From assembly GCA_965204535.1 (NCBI GenBank), contig CBDBEV010000001.1:640001-704000 (forward strand): a stretch of 64,000 nucleotides of DNA, written 5' to 3'. The DNA is from a bacterium. Its GTDB lineage: Bacteria > UBA8248. The notes beneath the pieces were generated by a model that was not told the DNA's origin, did no database searches, and saw only the letters and a list, made by a program, of their open reading frames with translations. The position numbers and the translations under genes are program-made. Positions 57,388 to 64,000 of the stretch are shown one piece after another. Positions within the stretch are counted from its first letter, which is position 1; each line of letters opens with the position of its first letter.

Positions 57388-58893
57388 TTGCTCGACGCCT
57401 TCCTGCAAGCCTTCGCCCTCCTGATGCGGGTGGATACCTATCTCTACATCTGCGCGGGGCTGACCATCGGCATGTTCGTGGGCGCGATGCCGGGCCTCAC
57501 CACCATTCTCGCGATGTCGGTGCTCCTGCCGATTTCCTTCAAGCTCGAACCCATGCTCGGCATCCCGTTTCTGATCGGCATCTACAAGGGCGGCATCTAC
57601 GGGGGCAGCATCCCCGCGATTCTGGTCGGCATCCCGGGAACGGGCGCATCCATCGCCACGACTTTCGACGGCCCGGCGCTCACGCGCAAGGGCGAAGGTC
57701 GAAAGGCGCTCGAGATGGCGCTGTTCTCCTCCACCATCGCCGATACGCTGTCCGACATCTTCACGCTTGCGCTCATCGGCCCCATCGCCATCATCACGCT
57801 CTTGATCGGCCCGCCCGAGGTGTTCGCCGTCATCATCTTCTCGCTCGTGCTCATCGCGAGCGTATCGAGCGATTCTGGCTTGAAGGGCGCCATCGCCGCC
57901 TGCATCGGCATGGGGCTCGGCTTCATCGGCACGGACGCCACCACCGGCGCGACGCGCATGACGTTCGGCCTCGAAGCCCTGAGCGGAGGCATTCCCCTCA
58001 TCCCGCTGGCCATCGGCATCTTCGCGATGCCCGAGGTGCTCGAAGCGGTCGAAACGCGCACCGTGCGCTTCATCAGCGAACACGTCGACCTCGCCAAGGC
58101 GGGAGAGCGCCTGCGCTGGCGCGAGTTCAAGGCGTCTATCCGCTCCATCCTGCGCTCGACCGCCATCGGTACGGGCATCGGCATGGTGCCGGGCGTGGGG
58201 CAGGTGGTGGCCGCCTTCATCGGCTACAGCGCGGCGAAGCGCGCATCCAAAAATCCGGAGAACTTCGGCAAGGGCGAACTCGACGGCGTCGCCGCGCCCG
58301 AAGCCGCGAACAACGCCGTGAACGGCCCCACGCTGGTCCCCCTGCTGACGCTGGGCATCCCCGGAGACAACGTGACGGCCATCCTGCTGGGCGCGTTCGT
58401 GGCGCACGGGATGCGGCCGGGACCCCAGATATTCCAGGAACAGGGCGCGCTCATGTACGCGCTCATCCTCACGATGGTGCTGGCGAACGTGCTGTTCTTC
58501 TTCCTGGGCTACGTTCTCTTGAAACCCTTCGCCCGCGCCATTCAGTTCAAAAAGGCGTATCTCATCCCCGTCATCGTTGCGCTCGCCTTCGTGGGTACGC
58601 TCTCGACGGGGGCGAACACCGACGTGATCCTGATGGTCATCATCGGTGTATGCGCCTATATTCTCAGAAAATTCAAGTTCGACCTGGCGCCCCTGATCAT
58701 CGCCTTTGTGCTGGCCGAGCCGATAGAGTATCGTTTGAGCCAGTCGATGCTCTACGCAAAGGGGGCCCCGTTCTCGTACCTGTTCCTGCAACGTCCGATA
58801 GCGTCCGCCTTTCTCATAGCGGCGCTGGTGTGGATCGCATTTCTCATTCTTCGCCCGATGTGGCAGCGCGCCAAGGGGTCCGCCGCTTCATGA
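57388..58893 (+). CDS. tctA: Tripartite tricarboxylate transporter TctA
   Basis: GAMPGL, YGGSIPAIL.GIPGT, APEAANNA, LTLGIPG. Confidence 0.92.
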   Translation: MLDAFLQAFALLMRVDTYLYICAGLTIGMFVGAMPGLTTILAMSVLLPISFKLEPMLGIPFLIGIYKGGIYGGSIPAILVGIPGTGASIATTFDGPALTRKGEGRKALEMALFSSTIADTLSDIFTLALIGPIAIITLLIGPPEVFAVIIFSLVLIASVSSDSGLKGAIAACIGMGLGFIGTDATTGATRMTFGLEALSGGIPLIPLAIGIFAMPEVLEAVETRTVRFISEHVDLAKAGERLRWREFKASIRSILRSTAIGTGIGMVPGVGQVVAAFIGYSAAKRASKNPENFGKGELDGVAAPEAANNAVNGPTLVPLLTLGIPGDNVTAILLGAFVAHGMRPGPQIFQEQGALMYALILTMVLANVLFFFLGYVLLKPFARAIQFKKAYLIPVIVALAFVGTLSTGANTDVILMVIIGVCAYILRKFKFDLAPLIIAFVLAEPIEYRLSQSMLYAKGAPFSYLFLQRPIASAFLIAALVWIAFLILRPMWQRAKGSAAS

Positions 58894-58919
58894 GGGCACA
58901 TTCATCAAAGGAGACCATC

Positions 58920-59900
58920 ATGAAAAAACGCTTCTTCGTCATCCTGGCCGCGCTGGCGCTCGTTGTCGCGCTGGGAGCCCCCTCCGCGAGCACGGCGGCC
59001 TATCCGGACAGGCCCATCACGCTCGTTCTGCCCGTTGGCGCGGGCGGCAGCCACGACCTCCACGCGCGCGGCATCACGAGCATCATCGCCGACATCCTCG
59101 GCCAGCCCATGGTCGTGAAGCTCGTGCCCGGCGGCGCGGGCATGAAGGGCACCGGCTTCGTCGCCAAGGCCAAGCCGGACGGCTACACCCTGCTCTTCAC
59201 GCACAACGGCTTCGACCAACTCGTGCCGCAGACCCGCAAGGTTCCCTTCGACACGCTGCGTGATTTCTCGGCCGTCGCCAAGATCAACCACGGGCAGCCG
59301 GTGTTCTTCTCGCTCGCGAACAGGCCGTGGAAGAACATGAAGGAATTCGTCGCCTACGCCAAGAAAAACCCCGGCAAGGTCAACTGGGGCCACAGCGGCG
59401 TATGGGGCGCGGGCCACGTGCCCTCCATGCAGTTCGTGCGCGCGGCGGGCATCAAGGTGAACTTCATTCCGCATAAGGGCGGCGGCCCCGCGCTGCGCGC
59501 CGTCCTCTCGGGCCAGGACGACGTGGGCATCGCCTTCCCGACCCAGCTTCGCCCCCACAAGAAGGCCGGAAAAGTCACCGTGCTCGCGCTCACGGGCGAT
59601 ATGCGCCTCTCGAAGGACCCGGACTTCAAGGAAGTCCCGACCACCACGGAACTCGGCTACAAGGGCGTGGGCTTCACGATGGACCGCATCTTCATGGCGC
59701 CCTCCAAGACGCCCGCCGACAGGCTGAAGAAGCTCCGGGACGCTTTCGAGAAGCTCACGAAGAACAAGTCCTTCAAGCGCTTCATGCGCAGTATCGGCGA
59801 GAACGTGGTGTTCGTTAGCGGCGCGGATTATGAAAAAACCAGAAAGCCGAACTTCGACGGCTACACGCAGCTCATCAAGGCCATGACGATGAAGAAATAG
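58920..59900 (+). CDS. tctC: Tripartite tricarboxylate transporter substrate-binding TctC
   Basis: Signal peptide, YPDRPITLV, AGGSHD..AR, PGGAG, PDGYTL. Confidence 0.92.
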   Translation: MKKRFFVILAALALVVALGAPSASTAAYPDRPITLVLPVGAGGSHDLHARGITSIIADILGQPMVVKLVPGGAGMKGTGFVAKAKPDGYTLLFTHNGFDQLVPQTRKVPFDTLRDFSAVAKINHGQPVFFSLANRPWKNMKEFVAYAKKNPGKVNWGHSGVWGAGHVPSMQFVRAAGIKVNFIPHKGGGPALRAVLSGQDDVGIAFPTQLRPHKKAGKVTVLALTGDMRLSKDPDFKEVPTTTELGYKGVGFTMDRIFMAPSKTPADRLKKLRDAFEKLTKNKSFKRFMRSIGENVVFVSGADYEKTRKPNFDGYTQLIKAMTMKK

Positions 59901-60011
59901 GTTTACAGGGCCAAGCATTATCGGGGGTGAGCGGTGGTGGCCGAAACGCGCACCGCTCACTCCCTTTGTTTTTTCGTGGGCAAAGCTAATCATCCCCGCC
60001 GCAAGCTGCGC

Positions 60012-60081
60012 GATTCCGGCGGATGCCGGAATGACGAACAAACCATCTATTTCCATTCACGAACGCGCGAACCGCCCCTAC
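60012..60081. repeat. Degenerate REP remnants
   Basis: GATTCCGGCGGATGCCGGAATGACGAAC and CGCCCCTAC. Confidence 0.6.
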
Positions 60082-60267
60082 GGAACACCCCCCTCTTCGA
60101 TCGGCGAACCTTCCAGCAACTAACGTCCGCAGCAGCCAGAATGGCCTCTCGTTTCCGATTCCCGGCGCCGCTTGGCGAAACGAAGACTCCAAGCTATATT
60201 TGCCCCCGAACGAAGCAAGACCGGATTCTCACACTCTCGAAAACTCACGCGCAGGGAGGCTCCTGTT

Positions 60268-60687
60268 TTGGCCGACATCATCACAGGCATGATCAAACGC
60301 TACGCGGCAGACGATCGCTTCACGCCCGAACCTGACCCTTCGGGCCGCTCCATCCGGCTCGTCATGAACGACGTCTGCTGGTTCGAAATCGCGAAAAACG
60401 AGGCCGAGGGCAAACTCCGCATCAGCTTCGCCACCAAAGACCGTTATATGAACGAGGACATCGAACTCGCCATCCTCGACAGCAAGGACCCGATTGACGA
60501 TTTCGTCTATGACGGTATGGAGGAAGCGGGCGAGGAGGAAGAGCACAAGGTGGAGCACTACCACGACGGCGTGTTCCGCTACGCCATCGACCTGCCGCTC
60601 GACAGGGCGGGCGTGGACGAGCAGGCGGCGCGGGTGCTCGACGGGCTGTTCTACACCTTCGAGGAGTACGCCGAAGGCGACGACTAG
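60268..60687 (+). CDS. Acidic hypothetical protein
   Basis: 139 aa from TTG with GGAGG RBS; host-like codon usage. Confidence 0.7.
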   Translation: MADIITGMIKRYAADDRFTPEPDPSGRSIRLVMNDVCWFEIAKNEAEGKLRISFATKDRYMNEDIELAILDSKDPIDDFVYDGMEEAGEEEEHKVEHYHDGVFRYAIDLPLDRAGVDEQAARVLDGLFYTFEEYAEGDD

Positions 60688-60732
60688 CCTTTCATACTTC
60701 GCTGCGAGAGTCCGGGTTCTCGTCCGAGCGAT

Positions 60733-61002
60733 TGGGCAGACACACAGGTCCGCCCCTACCCAAAACGCGAAGGTATTGTAGGGGCCGCATATATGCGGCC
60801 CGGCCTTTCGCCGACAAAACACGGGTCGCATAATATGCGACCCCTACAAAAAACATGCGCACTTCGATAGGCGGCTTCGCCGCTACTCAGGGTGAGGAGG
60901 AAGAATCCAGGGGTTTCATCTTTTACTTTCGTAGGGACAGGTCGCGACCTCTCCCTACAAAACCTGCAACCCCCCTTCGTTATACTTTTTTCAACAAACC
61001 TC
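60733..61002. repeat. REP cluster H
   Basis: Four GTAG/CTAC-ended palindromes and right end TTTTTTCAACAAACCTC. Confidence 0.8.
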
Positions 61003-61070
61003 TCAAGGAGGTACGAGAAAACCCAAGCAGAAAAAAGAAGTCGTTGCCTGAAGCATATCATTCCCATTGA

Positions 61071-61493
61071 TTAAGGATTATCACCCAGAATCTGCACCTC
61101 CACCCGCCTGCGCCTCGGGCGGTTGTCGAAATCGACCAGGACGATCTGTTGCCACGTACCGATGACGAGCGCGCCTTCCCGGACAGGAAGAGAGAGGCTC
61201 GGCCCCAGCAGGGCGGCGCGGACGTGGGAGAAGCCGTTCTCGTCCCCCCAGCGCGCATCGTGCGCATAGGCGATGCCCTCGGGCGCGATGCGGGCGATAG
61301 CGTCTTTCAAATCCGAAACCGCGCCGGGTTCATACTCTATCGTCGTGAGGCCCGCCGTCGAGCCGGGCGTGAAGGCCAGGACGATCCCGCTCTGCACCCC
61401 GCTCGCCGAAACGACGCGCTCCACCTGCGGGGTGATGTCCAGAACGTCCGTAAACCCCTTCGTCTCGACCACGAAGCCCTCTTCAAACGCCAC
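61071..61493 (-). CDS. YjbQ/UPF0047 family protein
   Basis: GSTAGLTTIEYEPG, NGFSHVRA, GTWQQI..DFD. Confidence 0.9.
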   Translation of the reverse strand: MAFEEGFVVETKGFTDVLDITPQVERVVSASGVQSGIVLAFTPGSTAGLTTIEYEPGAVSDLKDAIARIAPEGIAYAHDARWGDENGFSHVRAALLGPSLSLPVREGALVIGTWQQIVLVDFDNRPRRRRVEVQILGDNP

Positions 61494-61549
61494 GGAGATG
61501 TCTCCTCTGTTTCAGGTTGCGCATGAAGTCCTTTGGAAAAACCAGACGA

Positions 61550-61583
61550 AAAAAAGCGGCCCCCGTTCGAGAGGCCGCTTTTC
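61550..61583 (-). terminator. Intrinsic terminator after gltA
   Basis: AAAAAAGCGGCC...GGCCGCTTTT. Confidence 0.75.
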
Positions 61584-61599
61584 GGCTTGCTTATTGAAT

Positions 61600-62769
61600 C
61601 TAGCCGCGCTCGGCGATCGGCGTGTACTGCGATTCCAGGTCGCCGATGTAGACCGCGCGGGGTCGGAACAGCCGGTTGTCCGGCAAGTACTCGAGAATGC
61701 GCGCCGACCACCCGGCGATGCGCGGCACGGCGAAAATGGGCGTGAACATGTCGGTGTCGATGCCCATGGCGTCGTAGATGATGCCTGAGAAGAAATCGAC
61801 GTTGGGGAAGATGCCCTTGCCGCCCAAGTCCGCCACCACGAGGTCTTCGAGCTTTTTCGCGATCTCGTAGAGATGGCTCGTGCCGGCGCGCTCGGAGAAT
61901 TCCCTGGCGATGGGGTCGAACAGGCGCGCCCTCGGGTCGTAGGCCTTGTAGACGCGGTGGCCGAAGCCCATGACCTTCACCTTTTTCGTCTTCGCCTCGG
62001 CGAACCAGCCTTCCGTCGTGGCGGGGTCTCCGATCTCCTGGAACGTGCGCAGCGTGGCCTCGTTCGCGCCGCCGTGCAGCGGCCCCTTGAGCGAGCCGAC
62101 CCCTGCGACGATGGAGCTGTAGAAATCCGTCAGGGAGCTGTTCGTGACCATGGAGGAGAAGGTAGAGGCGTTCATGCCGTGTTCGGCGTGGATGATGAGG
62201 GCCATATCCATCACCTCCACGGTGCGGGTGTCGGGCGTCTCGCCCGTCATCATGCGGAGAAAATCCTCGGAGAGCCCTTTCGCGGGGTCGGGCTCGATGA
62301 GGAACTCGCCCCGTCTTGCCCGCTGGATGGCCGCCACGAGGGTGGGGAACTGCGCCGTGAGCGTGAGTGCGATGTCAAAATCGTTCTCCACCGTCACTTC
62401 GAACTCCCTGGGGTTCAGGCAGCCCAGCATGGAGACGGCGGTGCGCAGCGTGCTCATGGGGTGGCACATGCCGGCGATCTGCACGATCAGGTCTTTCACC
62501 GGCTGGGGGATGGGCCGGCGCAAGGCCAGATCCGCGTTGAAGACGTCGAGTTCGCTCCGGGTGGGCAGCTTCCCGTTCAGCAGCAGGTAGGCCGTTTCCT
62601 CATAGCCACCGCCTCCGGCGCAGAGGTCGTCGATGCTGTATCCTCGGTATATGAGCTTGCCGTTCGCTCCATCCACGTAGCTGATGGCGCTCTCGTTCGT
62701 GATGGCCCCCTCGAGACCCTTCTTGAACTCCACACTTCCAACGAACTGGCGGGGTTTTTCTTCTGCCAT
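61600..62769 (-). CDS. gltA: Citrate synthase
   Basis: HAEHGMNASTF, GPLHGGANE, MGFGHRVYK..DPR, FPNVDF. Confidence 0.93.
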   Translation of the reverse strand: MAEEKPRQFVGSVEFKKGLEGAITNESAISYVDGANGKLIYRGYSIDDLCAGGGGYEETAYLLLNGKLPTRSELDVFNADLALRRPIPQPVKDLIVQIAGMCHPMSTLRTAVSMLGCLNPREFEVTVENDFDIALTLTAQFPTLVAAIQRARRGEFLIEPDPAKGLSEDFLRMMTGETPDTRTVEVMDMALIIHAEHGMNASTFSSMVTNSSLTDFYSSIVAGVGSLKGPLHGGANEATLRTFQEIGDPATTEGWFAEAKTKKVKVMGFGHRVYKAYDPRARLFDPIAREFSERAGTSHLYEIAKKLEDLVVADLGGKGIFPNVDFFSGIIYDAMGIDTDMFTPIFAVPRIAGWSARILEYLPDNRLFRPRAVYIGDLESQYTPIAERG

Positions 62770-62942
62770 GGGCGTCTCCAAACGCAAGATGATGAATCGG
62801 CTCTCAAAATACTTTGATTTTCAGTGGTTTCCACATCCGGGATTAGCGGAAGGAAGCCACCGCATGTAAAGTATACTGTATACAATTCAAGTAATTATAT
62901 ATTAAAGTCTACTATACAAACATTTCCATCCGCGATGCAAAC

Positions 62943-63138
62943 GGGGTTTTGAACAAAACCCCGGTACGCGCCGCCATTCCGAAGCTTTTTCAACAACCCC
63001 CTCAAGATGGGAGTGAAAGTCAATGCCTTCTCGTCGGGATTGCCTCGTCGCGTAAGGATAAAATTATCTTGGTAGCCTGCAATAAGGTAGGGACAGGTCG
63101 CGACTTGTGGGACAGCCCCGAGGAGGGGCTGTCCCTAC
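62943..63138. repeat. Mini-MITE and REP cluster I
   Basis: GGGGTTTTGAACAAAA...CTTTTTCAACAACCCC and GTAGGGACAGG...CTGTCCCTAC. Confidence 0.7.
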
Positions 63139-63214
63139 GAGTGATTCTAATCGGATAACCGGTCTCCCGGTCGATTACCGGGAGGCTGTGGGATGTATTT
63201 CGTCTCCCACTACC

Positions 63215-64000
63215 CTACACCGGCTGCGCGCCGGCGATCTGGGTGCGGTGCATGAGGCGCGGATGCGTGCCCGCGTGGGGCTCGCGGTAGTGCATGGTGC
63301 AACGGTTGTCCCACAGCAGCACGTCGCCGAGCCGCCAGACGTGCGCCCAGACGAGCTCGTCGCGGCAGGCGTGCTCCCAGAGGAAATCGAGAAGCGCCTC
63401 GCTCTCCTGCTCTTCCATGTCATCGATGTATTGCGACGGATAGGCCCGCCTGCGTCCCAGGTAGAGCGCCTTCCTGCCCGATTCGGGGTGCGTGCATACG
63501 AGGGGGTGGTGCGGACCGGGAACTTCCGAGGGTTTCGTGGGCAGCTTGACGCCGGGCCGGAGCGTGCCGGCCGAGTTCCGGCTCGCATCGTGGACAGCGG
63601 TCTTCCCCTCGATTTTCTGCTTCACGTCCTCGGGCAGGGTCTCATACGCCGTGTACTGGTTGCTGAAGCACGTGTTCCCGCCCGACGGCGGCAGCCTCCG
63701 CCCGTAGAGCATGCTGCCCGCAGGCGGTTTCTCTGCGTAGGAATTATCGTTGTGCCAGACGACCTCGCCGCTGCCCAGGCTCTCGTTCTGCTGCACGGGG
63801 TTGCCGTCGTCATCCAGGTTGTGGACGACGGTGATCTCGGCGTACTTGGCGGCCCATGTCTGCTCTTTCCCGGCCTTGTCGTAATAGGCCTTGGCGGCGG
63901 GCACGACGGCCTCGCCGAAGATGCGCGTGGCGTCGAGGTGCTGCTCCTCGGTCATCTCCTGATCCCGGAACAACAAAACGAGGTGCTCCGTCCAGGCGTC
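63215..64000 (-). CDS. TauD/TfdA 2-oxoglutarate-dependent dioxygenase (5' end beyond window)
   Basis: LFRDQ, WHNDNSY, GGNT.F, HPLV, WDNRCTMH.R. Confidence 0.9.
   Translation of the reverse strand, partial: DAWTEHLVLLFRDQEMTEEQHLDATRIFGEAVVPAAKAYYDKAGKEQTWAAKYAEITVVHNLDDDGNPVQQNESLGSGEVVWHNDNSYAEKPPAGSMLYGRRLPPSGGNTCFSNQYTAYETLPEDVKQKIEGKTAVHDASRNSAGTLRPGVKLPTKPSEVPGPHHPLVCTHPESGRKALYLGRRRAYPSQYIDDMEEQESEALLDFLWEHACRDELVWAHVWRLGDVLLWDNRCTMHYREPHAGTHPRLMHRTQIAGAQPV

Noticed and set aside
11199-58791. Many long antisense or alternative-frame ORFs
   Set aside because: Expected in high-GC coding DNA; they overlap well-supported genes and lack motifs
57216-59900. 894-aa ORF as a single protein
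   Set aside because: The first 568 codons are an off-frame shadow of tctB/tctA; the real TctC starts at 58920 with an RBS and signal peptide
10549-63138. CRISPR array from recurring palindromes
   Set aside because: Repeats are dispersed inverted pairs without regular unique spacers, and no cas genes are present

Overview
High-GC bacterial chromosome segment. About 1-10.55 kb is the end of a genomic island: a partial IS256, a Gabija-like OLD nuclease + UvrD helicase pair, a 3.89-kb IS1595-family cargo transposon (perfect 24-bp TIRs, 8-bp TSD, internally deleted transposase, about 9 small passenger ORFs) and two tandem tyrosine integrases. The rest is core/metabolic DNA: mqnC, crcB, bioF, CoA transferases, a PduO-type adenosyltransferase, rluB, scpAB, Liv-type ABC and Tct-type transporters, gltA and several hydrolases. 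It is interrupted by a Panacea toxin-antitoxin islet and by composite MITE/REP clusters. Most notable, and not shown by the ORF track: (i) two AhpD/CMD-family genes with in-frame TGA in CxxU motifs followed by SECIS-like hairpins (probable selenoproteins; 16825-17097 and 54731-55417); (ii) two integrase-free cassettes flanked by diverged direct repeats of host sequence, namely a GIY-YIG-like + DUF6884-like pair between two copies of the pduO 3' end, and a ferredoxin-cyclase gene between two copies of the mqnC promoter/RBS/start. No rRNA, intact tRNA or CRISPR array was seen. All family calls come from motif recognition by eye; no database searches were run.
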